Shown here one piece after another: positions 1 to 8,324 of a stretch of DNA of 19,754 bases. Every line of letters starts with the position of its first letter. Position 1 is the stretch's first letter. Position numbers and translations under genes: made by a program. The stretch is from Sulfurimonadaceae bacterium (GTDB lineage: Bacteria > Campylobacterota > Campylobacteria > Campylobacterales > Sulfurimonadaceae): positions 1 to 19,754 of the forward strand of contig JBFESZ010000033.1 of NCBI GenBank assembly GCA_041548245.1. The letters are read 5' to 3'. The notes beneath the pieces were generated by a model, which did not search any database, was not told where the DNA came from, and was given only the letters and a program-made list of their open reading frames with translations.

Positions 1-1
1 G

Positions 2-271
2 AGTTTTCTTAGTATTGTTCAGGCCAATGATGTGGCATCCTTGAAAAGGGTCCCTGGGATTGGTCCAAAAGGTGCCAGCCGCATCTTGGTTGAATTAAGC
101 AATTTTGTCGTTGATACGCAGATCGATAAAAGTTCTCCATCGCAGGCAGAAGCCGCAATGGCGCTTGAAAGTCTCGGTTTTAAGAAAGAACAGATCATTA
201 AAGTCCTTGCTGGAATTCAGTCGAATGATACCGGTGAGATCGTTAAAGAGGCCCTTAAAAAGCTTAAATAG
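2..271 (+). CDS. ruvA: Holliday junction branch migration protein RuvA (5'-truncated by window edge)
   Basis: Frame is open from base 2 ([32 protein letters not shown]). It has the HhH motif VPGIGPK and the C-terminal domain [11 protein letters not shown]...IVKEALKKL. Confidence 0.95.
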   Translation, partial: SFLSIVQANDVASLKRVPGIGPKGASRILVELSNFVVDTQIDKSSPSQAEAAMALESLGFKKEQIIKVLAGIQSNDTGEIVKEALKKLK

Positions 272-315
272 CCTTATTTACTTTCTGAGCTGTTTCTTCT
301 TTTTTAAACTTAATT

Positions 316-324
316 GGATAAAAT
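316..324 (+). promoter_or_regulatory. Putative sigma70 -10 element upstream of ddl
   Basis: GGaTAAAAT preceded by T-tracts. AGGA Shine-Dalgarno-like sequence at 343-346 lies before the TTG at 355. Confidence 0.45.
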
Positions 325-354
325 TAGCTTTTATTATTAATCAGGATATATACA

Positions 355-1386
355 TTGAACCTAGCAATACTCTTTGGCGGTGCTTCTTATGAACATGAGA
401 TAAGTATCGTCTCCGCAATCACCCTTAAGGAAAAACTTTCGGCTTTAGCGCTTGACTTCATTTTTTTGGACCAAGACCATACTTTTTATCATGTTGATTC
501 GAGCAAGATGGATGCCAAGACCTTTAGTTCAGGGTCTTATAAAAAAGAACCTGTCCTTACCCTTCAACAAGGTGGATTTGCTAAAAAGAGCTTTCTAGGC
601 TCAAAAACAGTCTCATTTGAGAGAGTGCTTAACCTTATTCATGGTGCTGATGGCGAAGATGCCACGATTGCCTCACTTCTAGAGTTTTATCATATTGACT
701 ATATCGGCCCGCGTAAGGATGCCAGTGTCATGAGTTTTGACAAGTTCTTGACAAAGGCCTATGCAAGCGCATGTGGTGTTGATACTGTTTCATATGAACT
801 GCTTGCTGGCGAAAGGGCATCAGGAATATCCTTCCCTTTGATTGTGAAACCTACACGTCTTGGCAGCTCGATAGGTGTGAGTATTGTCAAGAGTGCCCAA
901 GAGCTTGATTATGCTCTGGATGTTGCCTATGAGTTTGACGACAAGCTTATCATAGAGCCTTTCATAGAAGGTGTCAAGGAGTACAATGTAGCAGGCTGTA
1001 TGACAAAAGATGGCTTGCAGCTCTCTCTGATCGAGGAACCACATAAAGAAGAGTTTCTAGACTTTGACAAAAAATATTTAGATTTTTCACGTTCTGAACA
1101 GGCGCATGAAGCTGCAATCGATGATGAGTTGAAACAAAAGCTTTATGATGCGTTTAAAATGATCTATATGCCTTTGTTTGAAGGAGCCTTGATCCGTTGC
1201 GATTTCTTTGTTGTTGACAACAAGGTTTTGCTTAATGAGATAAACCCGATTCCGGGCTCAATGGCGAATTATCTATTTGACGACTTTACCAATCTTATTC
1301 AAAAGATTGTTTTACCTAAGAAGAGAGAGATCAAGGTCAACTATACCTATTTGCATTCAATCCGTTCGGCCAAAGGGAAAGCGTAA
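355..1386 (+). CDS. ddl: D-alanine--D-alanine ligase
   Basis: Motifs LFGGASYEHEIS, IHGADGED, KPTRLGSSIG, omega loop FLDFDKKY, RCDF and LNEINPIPG. TTG start. Confidence 0.95.
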   Translation: MNLAILFGGASYEHEISIVSAITLKEKLSALALDFIFLDQDHTFYHVDSSKMDAKTFSSGSYKKEPVLTLQQGGFAKKSFLGSKTVSFERVLNLIHGADGEDATIASLLEFYHIDYIGPRKDASVMSFDKFLTKAYASACGVDTVSYELLAGERASGISFPLIVKPTRLGSSIGVSIVKSAQELDYALDVAYEFDDKLIIEPFIEGVKEYNVAGCMTKDGLQLSLIEEPHKEEFLDFDKKYLDFSRSEQAHEAAIDDELKQKLYDAFKMIYMPLFEGALIRCDFFVVDNKVLLNEINPIPGSMANYLFDDFTNLIQKIVLPKKREIKVNYTYLHSIRSAKGKA

Positions 1387-2120
1387 TGGCTTTAAAGAGT
1401 TTCCAGCATGATCAGCACACCTACAGTATCTCTTATGATATTGTCAACCCATCAGCCAAGCATGATCTGGTTGTACTGCACGGATGGGGCTCTAACAAAG
1501 AGATAATGAAACAGGCATTTTCACCCTATATGGATAATTTTCGACATATCTATATAGACTTGCCTGGTTTTGGCGGCAGCATTAACCATACTGTACTTGA
1601 TACGGCAGGGTATGCTCGTATTATAGAAGTCTTTCTCGAGCTTATCGGCGCAAAGAGAGAGATTGTCCTTGGACACTCTTTTGGGGGAAAGGTTGCGACT
1701 TTATTGAACCCTTCACTTTTAGTCCTGTTGTCATCAGCGGGTATCAGATTGCCAAAGAGTTTGGCTGTGAAAGCAAAGATCAAGCTGGCAAAGTTTTTTA
1801 ATTTCTTTGGTCTAAGAAAGTTCGGAATGCTCTTTAGAGCAAAAGATGCCAAGACACTCAATACCTTGATGTATGAGACTTTTAAAAAAGTCGTTGATGA
1901 GGATTTCTCAAAAGAGTTTGAACAGTTTCATAATAAGGCACTGATCTGTTGGGGCGAAAGTGATGAAGCGACACCTCTAATTGCAGGAAATCAGATCAAA
2001 GAGTTGATACAAAACAGCCGTTTTACGGTTTATCAGGGCGATCATTTCTTTTTCATGAATCGTGCGAAGTCAATTGCTTCCGAGATTGAAGAGATGTTTA
2101 TAAAACGGGTTGTAGCGTGA
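1386..2120 (+). CDS. Alpha/beta fold hydrolase (esterase-like)
   Basis: HGWG oxyanion motif, GHSFG nucleophile elbow, WGESD acid and GDHFF His. Start overlaps the ddl stop (TAATG). Confidence 0.9.
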   Translation: MALKSFQHDQHTYSISYDIVNPSAKHDLVVLHGWGSNKEIMKQAFSPYMDNFRHIYIDLPGFGGSINHTVLDTAGYARIIEVFLELIGAKREIVLGHSFGGKVATLLNPSLLVLLSSAGIRLPKSLAVKAKIKLAKFFNFFGLRKFGMLFRAKDAKTLNTLMYETFKKVVDEDFSKEFEQFHNKALICWGESDEATPLIAGNQIKELIQNSRFTVYQGDHFFFMNRAKSIASEIEEMFIKRVVA

Positions 2121-3577
2121 TGGATTATATACAACTTGTTTTATTTGTGACCAATGTCCTATTTGTCTTTTCTCTGGGTTGGTACCTTATTACCAATATG
2201 CAGTGGTACAACTATCAGATAGAGCGTGTTGTCACAAAGCACCATAAGCCTTGGTGGCACCTTTTTTATTTTATTCTGCCTTTTATGATCTATTACGGGA
2301 TGTACTCTTTGGGGTGGGCAGAGTTCTTTGCGATATATTTTTATTTCGCAGCACTTCCTGCACTGTTTGTATGGCATAAACGTTTGGATAAGCCTCTCGT
2401 TTTGACATGGAGAGTGCGACGCTTTTTGGTCTTGTTGATCTTTCTGACTCTTTTTCAAAATTTCTTGTGTACATTAAACAATGCCTGCGAAGTTTATGGT
2501 GTCTTTATGCCCCTGTTTGTTGCGACAGCAGGTTCAATATTGATTGAGAAGTTTTTATTCTTGGCCTTTATGAAAGAGGCAAAGAAGAAGCTGCAGTCTA
2601 TGCGGAACCTTAAAGTCGTTGCCTTGACAGGAAGTTACGGCAAGACGAGCATGAAAAACTTTTTGTACCAGATCCTGAAGTCTCATTTTAAGGCCTATAT
2701 GACTCCCCGATCAGTCAATACACTAGGGGGTATCGTTAAAGACATCAATATGGACCTTCCCGATGATACGCAAGTCTATATTGCAGAAGCCGGAGCAAGG
2801 CAGAAAGGTGATATTTATCAGATATCCCAACTTCTTCAACAGCACATAGCCGTTGTGGGTAAAATCGGGCCTGCTCATATAGAGTACTTTAAGTCACTAG
2901 AAAACATTGCCCGTACAAAAATGGAGCTTATGCAAAGCTCACGTTTGGAAAAAGCTTTTGTACATGTCAGTGCTACAGATGAACCGCATGAGAAGGTGGA
3001 GTTTTTTGGTGATGAGATCAAGAACCTCTCATCATCATTGAACGGACTCTCTTTCATTTTGGAACTCAATGGGAAAGAAGTTGATTTTGAAACCCCTGTA
3101 TTGGGTGCTTTTCAGGCCATGAATATTGCAGCAGCTGTAAGAGTCGCGACTTATCTCGGGATGCCGATCGAAGAGATCAAACAGGCCGTTAAAAACCTTG
3201 AAGCTGTTGAACACCGTCTGCAACGTATTGATGCCGGAGGAAAAATCATCTTGGACGATGGCTTTAACGGAAATCTGGATGGAATGAAAGAGGGGATTTC
3301 ACTCTGTTCGCAGCACATGGGACGAAAAGTCATTGTCACGCCAGGCTTGGTAGAGAGCTCGGAAGAGCTCAATCTTGAACTCATCCATGCGATTAATAAG
3401 GTCTTTGATATTGTCATAGTGACCGGTGCTTTGAATGCTGCACTTTTTGATAAACATTTGGATGTCGGTAAGAAAATCATACTCAGTGATAAATCAAAAC
3501 TGACTGATGTCCTAAGTCAGAATACGGCAAGTGGGGATATTATCCTTTTTGCCAATGATGCACCAAACTTCATATGA
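2117..3577 (+). CDS. murF: Mur ligase, MurF type (UDP-MurNAc-tripeptide--D-Ala-D-Ala ligase), with N-terminal transmembrane region
   Basis: P-loop TGSYGKTS, TPRSVNT, EAGAR, HIEYF, HRLQ, DDGFNGN. The first ~150 aa are hydrophobic. Lies in an operon with ddl. Start is GTG 2117 or ATG 2120. Confidence 0.88.
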   Translation: MMDYIQLVLFVTNVLFVFSLGWYLITNMQWYNYQIERVVTKHHKPWWHLFYFILPFMIYYGMYSLGWAEFFAIYFYFAALPALFVWHKRLDKPLVLTWRVRRFLVLLIFLTLFQNFLCTLNNACEVYGVFMPLFVATAGSILIEKFLFLAFMKEAKKKLQSMRNLKVVALTGSYGKTSMKNFLYQILKSHFKAYMTPRSVNTLGGIVKDINMDLPDDTQVYIAEAGARQKGDIYQISQLLQQHIAVVGKIGPAHIEYFKSLENIARTKMELMQSSRLEKAFVHVSATDEPHEKVEFFGDEIKNLSSSLNGLSFILELNGKEVDFETPVLGAFQAMNIAAAVRVATYLGMPIEEIKQAVKNLEAVEHRLQRIDAGGKIILDDGFNGNLDGMKEGISLCSQHMGRKVIVTPGLVESSEELNLELIHAINKVFDIVIVTGALNAALFDKHLDVGKKIILSDKSKLTDVLSQNTASGDIILFANDAPNFI

Positions 3578-4056
3578 AACAGATTGATACCCTTACTGAA
3601 AATATCGCGCGTTTGACAGCGCTCCTCTTGGTTGGGCTCACGCTTCTTATCGTTTTTGATGCACTCTCTCGCTATCTTTTTCATTCAGGTTCAATCGCCT
3701 TACAAGAACTTGAATGGCATCTTTTTGATGTCGTTATATTACTTGGAATATCATATGCCTTAAAAGAGGGGGCGCATGTCCGTGTTGATATTTTTTATGC
3801 AGGTTTTACACCAAGGACCAAAGCTATAGTTGACATCTGCTCTCATCTTTTTTTGATCCTGCCGTTCTCTTTGCTCATTATCTACATGGGTTTTGATTTT
3901 GTCATGCAAAGTTTTGTACAAAATGAAGGCTCTTCAGACCCTGGCGGGCTTCCTTATCGCTTTATTGTCAAAGGACTTATGCTTGTCAGTTTCGCCTTGC
4001 TTCTTTTACAGTCTTTCAGCGAGATCATAAAACGTATCAAGGTTATTAACTCATGA
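3574..4056 (+). CDS. dctQ: TRAP transporter small permease (DctQ family)
   Basis: Four hydrophobic segments, LQELEWHL and HVRVDIFY motifs, SSDPGGLP. ATGA overlap with murF. Confidence 0.9.
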   Translation: MKQIDTLTENIARLTALLLVGLTLLIVFDALSRYLFHSGSIALQELEWHLFDVVILLGISYALKEGAHVRVDIFYAGFTPRTKAIVDICSHLFLILPFSLLIIYMGFDFVMQSFVQNEGSSDPGGLPYRFIVKGLMLVSFALLLLQSFSEIIKRIKVINS

Positions 4057-5333
4057 TCGCCTTCATTATGTTTTTTCTGGCCTTGTTACTTTTGATGGCA
4101 GGTTTTGAAGTCGCTTTTGTCTTCGGATCGGTTGCTTTTTTCTTCGCACTTATGTCTCCTGGCCTGGGCATTGAGGTATTTCACTTCCTTCCTTTTAGAA
4201 TATATGGGATCATGAGCAATTTTACGTTGATGGCTGTGCCTCTGTTCATTTTTATGGGGCTGATTCTGGAGAAGAGCCGTATGGCTGAAGATCTTCTTAT
4301 TTCGATGAGCAAGCTTTTTGGCTCAGTTAGGGGCGGATTGGCAATAAGTGTCGTGATGGTCGGTGCGATCTTGGCTGCATCTACAGGTATTGTCAGTGCT
4401 TCAGTTGTGATGATGAGTGTCATCGCTTTACCTCTGATGCTCAAACACGGATATTGCAAGTCTCTTGCATCAGGTACTATTGCTGCATCAGGAACACTCG
4501 GACAAATTATACCGCCTTCGATCATTCTTATTATTTTGGGTGACGTGATGAGTATCAGTGTAGGCGAACTCTTTAAAGGAGCTGTTCTTCCGGGACTTTT
4601 ACTTGTCGGTCTATATATTCTTTATATACTTTTTTATGCATTGATAAAAGAAGAGGTCGCACCTGCTATATCTGAGCAGAAAGTGAATCTGCTTAGTACA
4701 CTCAATGCCATCATGCCACCCTTATTGCTTATTTTTGTCGTTTTGGGTTCGATCTTTGCCGGCATTGCTTCTCCAACGGAGTCTGCCGCCTTCGGTGTAG
4801 TTGGCGCTGTATTGCTTGCTTTGTATAAAAGAAGTTTTTCCTTTGAGATCATTAAATATGCTACTATGCATACGGTCAATCTTTCGGGAATGATCTTTAT
4901 GATTCTGATCGGGGCGACAGCTTTCTCTCTTGTGTTTAATGAATTAGGCGGATCAGATATTATTCTAGAGTTTTTCTCGGAAGATATAGCTGATCCATGG
5001 GTCTTTATAGCCTTTGCGATGTTGATTATCTTTATATTGGGTCTCTTTATAGATTTTATAGAGATATCTTTTATCGTTGTTCCGATCATGGTCCCTATAC
5101 TGGACGAACTGGGTATCGATCCAATCTGGTTCGCTATTTTGGTGGCTATGAATCTGCAGGCATCATTTATCACACCTCCATTTGGGCTTTCTCTCTTCTT
5201 CTTAAAAGGGGCAGCTAAAGAGATGCTTACTACTTTACAGATATACAGAGGAATCATACCTTTTATTGTTTTACAGATATTGGCACTCTCTTTTGTCATG
5301 TTATTTCCTGACCTTGTATTCGCTTTTTTGTAG
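4053..5333 (+). CDS. dctM: TRAP transporter large permease (DctM family)
   Basis: Highly hydrophobic 426 aa with AVPLFIFMG, ASGTLGQIIPPS, ASPTESAA and FITPPFG. ATGA overlap with dctQ. Confidence 0.93.
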   Translation: MIAFIMFFLALLLLMAGFEVAFVFGSVAFFFALMSPGLGIEVFHFLPFRIYGIMSNFTLMAVPLFIFMGLILEKSRMAEDLLISMSKLFGSVRGGLAISVVMVGAILAASTGIVSASVVMMSVIALPLMLKHGYCKSLASGTIAASGTLGQIIPPSIILIILGDVMSISVGELFKGAVLPGLLLVGLYILYILFYALIKEEVAPAISEQKVNLLSTLNAIMPPLLLIFVVLGSIFAGIASPTESAAFGVVGAVLLALYKRSFSFEIIKYATMHTVNLSGMIFMILIGATAFSLVFNELGGSDIILEFFSEDIADPWVFIAFAMLIIFILGLFIDFIEISFIVVPIMVPILDELGIDPIWFAILVAMNLQASFITPPFGLSLFFLKGAAKEMLTTLQIYRGIIPFIVLQILALSFVMLFPDLVFAFL

Positions 5334-5387
5334 AGATATTTTTTGCTGCTTTAGGTAATTTTATACCGGAGTGTGTACAATTAAAGT

Positions 5388-5882
5388 ATGGAAAATATAT
5401 TATACGCCCCTTGGCGCACGGAATACATACAAGAGAAGCAGGTGGAAGGATGTGTGTTTTGTCATATATCCGATCACGCGGATGACGATAAGGAACTTCA
5501 TGTCCTTTATCGGGATGAACACTGCTTTATCGTAATGAACAGATACCCCTATACTCCTGGTCATTTTATGATCATTCCACATAAACATACAGATGCTCTT
5601 GAATCGTTAGAGAGTGATACATGGATTCATATGTCTTCTCTGGCGCAAAAAAGTGTGAGACTTCTAAAGAAAGGATTTGGGGCCCATGGTGTCAATATAG
5701 GCATGAATCTTGGTAAAGCCGGTGGAGCAGGCATAGCAGAGCATATTCATCTTCACCTCGTACCACGCTGGGAGAGAGATACGAACTTTATGACTTCAGT
5801 TGCAAATACACGTGTCTACTCTACAGACTTTGAGAAGATTTATGCAAAAATCTTAGCTCTGGTACCTACTTACATATCCTAA
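5388..5882 (+). CDS. HIT domain protein (diadenosine polyphosphate hydrolase/phosphorylase-like)
   Basis: LYAPWR, CVFC, NRYPYTPGH and histidine triad HIHLHLVPRW. Confidence 0.93.
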   Translation: MENILYAPWRTEYIQEKQVEGCVFCHISDHADDDKELHVLYRDEHCFIVMNRYPYTPGHFMIIPHKHTDALESLESDTWIHMSSLAQKSVRLLKKGFGAHGVNIGMNLGKAGGAGIAEHIHLHLVPRWERDTNFMTSVANTRVYSTDFEKIYAKILALVPTYIS

Positions 5883-5901
5883 TGAATACCTGCAAGATTT
5901 A

Positions 5902-5910
5902 TGGTATAGT
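5902..5910 (+). promoter_or_regulatory. Putative extended -10 promoter
   Basis: TGgTATAGT, ending 35 nt before ATG 5946. AAGGG SD-like sequence precedes the start. Confidence 0.55.
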
Positions 5911-5945
5911 TCACGAAAATTTTTACTATAAGTCAAAGGGTTAAA

Positions 5946-6275
5946 ATGAACACATCTGTTTTACTTGAGTTCTCGATGTTTCCAACCAGTGCAGAGTGCA
6001 GAGAAGGAGCTTCTGTCTCTCAATATGTAAGCAAGGTTATTGATATGATTGATCAGAGCGGGGTTGCTTACCAACTGACACCAATGGGAACGATTATTGA
6101 GTGTGACTCTATGAAAGAGGCATTGAATGTTATAGAAAAGGCATACGAATGTCTTAGTGATTGTGATCGTGTCTACTCTTCATTGAAGTTCGATATACGA
6201 AAAGGGAAATCAAACCGTCTCAAGACAAAAATAGATTCCGTAGAAAAGAATCTAGGAAGAACGGTAAAACATTAA
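5946..6275 (+). CDS. MTH1187/YqgV family thiamine-binding-like protein
   Basis: LEFSMFP, SVSQYV, YQLTPMGTIIE, RVYSSLKFDIR and KIDSVE match the family pattern. Confidence 0.9.
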   Translation: MNTSVLLEFSMFPTSAECREGASVSQYVSKVIDMIDQSGVAYQLTPMGTIIECDSMKEALNVIEKAYECLSDCDRVYSSLKFDIRKGKSNRLKTKIDSVEKNLGRTVKH

Positions 6276-6284
6276 GGTGCTGAT

Positions 6285-6309
6285 CACTTCGTGATATCTT
6301 CATGAAGTG
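6285..6309. terminator. Hairpin between convergent genes, possible bidirectional terminator
   Basis: CACTTCGTGA-tatct-TCATGAAGTG forms a 10-bp stem with one G-U pair in the gap between stops at 6275 and 6320. There is no strong U-tract. Confidence 0.5.
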
Positions 6310-6319
6310 TGTTCGCAAT

Positions 6320-6514
6320 TTAATGGGAACCGTGTGATGCACGTTCACTCATCTCTGTTTCAATGCCTGCTTTGAGAAAGCAGTAAAATGCTATACTGAC
6401 CGCTACTATTTTTAGATCAGATTCCCCAATAAGTGCCCACACTAGACAAAACAGCAGAGCGACTGATGAAATAACGAGTTTTGATCTGTTTTCAATTTGT
6501 TCGTTTTCACTCAT
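6320..6514 (-). CDS. Small hypothetical membrane protein (64 aa, two hydrophobic segments)
   Basis: AAGGAG lies 5 nt before the ATG and a TGcTATAAT promoter is just upstream. Hydrophobic stretches are LVISSVALLFCLVWALIG and IVAVSIAFYCFL. Confidence 0.75.
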   Translation of the reverse strand: MSENEQIENRSKLVISSVALLFCLVWALIGESDLKIVAVSIAFYCFLKAGIETEMSERASHGSH

Positions 6515-6535
6515 TTGATCTCCTTGAATTTGAAT

Positions 6536-6544
6536 ATTATAGCA
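6536..6544 (-). promoter_or_regulatory. Extended -10 promoter of the small membrane protein gene
   Basis: Minus strand reads TGCTATAAT (consensus TGnTATAAT). Confidence 0.65.
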
Positions 6545-6582
6545 TTGGATAATATAGTTAAGATTAAATTGTGTCTTGGCTT

Positions 6583-6591
6583 TGTTATAAT
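6583..6591 (+). promoter_or_regulatory. Extended -10 promoter of fliL
   Basis: TGTTATAAT followed by 6 nt and then ATG 6598. Confidence 0.65.
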
Positions 6592-6597
6592 GAACGC

Positions 6598-7077
6598 ATG
6601 AATAAAAATAGAATACGTACGCTGGCAGTTATTGGTATTATTTCGACAATATTATTGGTACTGATCGTTTATGCGGTCAGCAACTCGTCCTTCAATTTCA
6701 AAGGGAATATCCTCAAGCAGAAGCAAAAGACAGGCCTTGGGTATGTCAGGGCTGGCCGGACTGATTATAAAGCACCTACAGTCTTTTTCCTGGGTGATTT
6801 CACTACTAACATGGCGGTTAATGACAGAGCTGGAAAGTTTGTCCGTGTAGAGGTACGCTTAGAGATGAGTGATATGGATATGGCCAATGAGTTAAAAGAG
6901 AAGAACATCCTTTTGCGAGATGCCGTTATTGAAGAAATGAGTTTAAAGCGTTTTTCGCAGGTGGCAACCGAAAAAGGAAAAGAAGAACTCAAATCAAACA
7001 TCAAAGAGAGGATCAATGCAATCGTCGGCGATGGAGAGATTAAAGAGGTCTATTTTACTCAGTTCATCATTCAGTAA
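6598..7077 (+). CDS. fliL: Flagellar basal body-associated FliL family protein
   Basis: Single N-terminal TM helix, FTTNM, FVRVEVRLE, LRDAVI, GKEELK..I..RIN and C-terminal EVYFTQFIIQ. ATG 6598 is preferred over GTG 6571 because the promoter lies between them. Confidence 0.88.
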   Translation: MNKNRIRTLAVIGIISTILLVLIVYAVSNSSFNFKGNILKQKQKTGLGYVRAGRTDYKAPTVFFLGDFTTNMAVNDRAGKFVRVEVRLEMSDMDMANELKEKNILLRDAVIEEMSLKRFSQVATEKGKEELKSNIKERINAIVGDGEIKEVYFTQFIIQ

Positions 7078-7137
7078 TGTGATATAAATAGGTTATAATC
7101 ACGTAACTGTATATATAAAATGATAAAGAATTAACAA

Positions 7138-8169
7138 ATGAACCCTATACAACGTGTAAAAGAAGCAATAGAAGAGATCAAAAAAGGCAATATGGTCATC
7201 ATGATGGATGATGAAGACCGTGAGAACGAAGGTGACCTTGTCTATGCCTCCACATTTTCCACACCGGAACATGTAAATTTTATGGCTACACATGCAAAAG
7301 GCCTCATCTGTGTAGCCATTTCCAATGATATCGCTGCACGTCTGGAACTTAATCCGATGGTGAGTTCTAATACCTCAATGCATGAGACAGCTTTTACGGT
7401 ATCTGTCGATGCTACTGAAGCAGTCACGGGCATCTCTGCTGCCGAACGTGACATGACGATTAAGATATTGGCAAATCCTCTAAGCCGTCCAAGTGAATTG
7501 GTCAAACCCGGGCATATCTTTCCTCTTATTGCAAAAGAGGGCGGTACCTTGATACGTACCGGCCATACCGAGGGTTCAGTCGATCTTTGCCGGCTTGCAG
7601 GCCTTGCCGAATCATCGGTTATCTGTGAGATCATGAAAGATGACGGGACGATGGCCCGACGAGACGATTTGGAACTCTTCGCTAAAAAACATAATCAGAA
7701 AATCGTCTATATTTCAGATATTGTCGCCTATAGACTTGCAAACGAGAGTTTGATAAAAAGTTCAAATGAAGTAGATGATGAATTTTTTAACACCAAGGTC
7801 AAAAAATGTACTTTTATTGATCATGAAGATATCGAGCATACGGCTATTATATTTCATTCAGCTGGTGAGAAGGCAAATGTCAAAGTCCATAACATCATTC
7901 CTGATATCGAGCTGTTTTCAAATCAAGAGAAGTACCAGCAACTGGTGAAGTCCATTGAGTATCTTAAGCAGAACAGCGGGGTATTGCTCTTTATCAATAA
8001 ACCAAATCATCATGCGACGATGAAAGAGTATGGACTTGGAGCACAAATATTAAAAAGCCTGGGTATCAAACAGATGCGCTTACTTACCAGTATGGCTGTC
8101 ACAGATTTTGTAGGGCTTTCGGGCTTTGGTCTGGAAGTCTCTGAGGTTATTGATCCTCTCGAGAGTTGA
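7138..8169 (+). CDS. ribB: 3,4-dihydroxy-2-butanone-4-phosphate synthase fused to a degenerate GTP cyclohydrolase II-like domain (RibBX type)
   Basis: DDEDRENEGD, GLIC, TAFTVSVD, GISAAER, PGHIFPL, RTGHTEG and ICEIM. The C-domain has YGLGAQIL but lacks the Zn-binding cysteines. Confidence 0.93.
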   Translation: MNPIQRVKEAIEEIKKGNMVIMMDDEDRENEGDLVYASTFSTPEHVNFMATHAKGLICVAISNDIAARLELNPMVSSNTSMHETAFTVSVDATEAVTGISAAERDMTIKILANPLSRPSELVKPGHIFPLIAKEGGTLIRTGHTEGSVDLCRLAGLAESSVICEIMKDDGTMARRDDLELFAKKHNQKIVYISDIVAYRLANESLIKSSNEVDDEFFNTKVKKCTFIDHEDIEHTAIIFHSAGEKANVKVHNIIPDIELFSNQEKYQQLVKSIEYLKQNSGVLLFINKPNHHATMKEYGLGAQILKSLGIKQMRLLTSMAVTDFVGLSGFGLEVSEVIDPLES

Positions 8170-8267
8170 TAGTAGAGGTCATAAAAGGTATTTCTTTTGT
8201 GATGGCCGCTGCTTTTCTACCTTCATTTTTATCTAAATCCTATCATGTAAATATTTTTTTGTTTTTT

Positions 8268-8276
8268 TGCTATACT
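8268..8276 (+). promoter_or_regulatory. Putative extended -10 promoter
   Basis: TGcTATACT after T-tracts. AAGGAG at 8313-8318 lies 6 nt before ATG 8325. Confidence 0.6.
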
Positions 8277-8324
8277 GTTTATTGATACTTGTGTGTTTTG
8301 GCATATATTTGTAAGGAGTTATGA

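Noticed and set aside
355..1386. Van-type D-Ala-D-Lac ligase
   Set aside because: The omega loop retains KY, the context is housekeeping, and no vanH or vanX is nearby.
4181..5299. Long antisense ORFs (114 and 221 aa) opposite dctM, and the other short overlapping ORFs in the track
   Set aside because: Shadow frames of strongly supported genes, without recognisable motifs.
7078..7137. FMN riboswitch upstream of ribB
   Set aside because: The gap is only 60 nt, AT-rich, and lacks RFN consensus elements.
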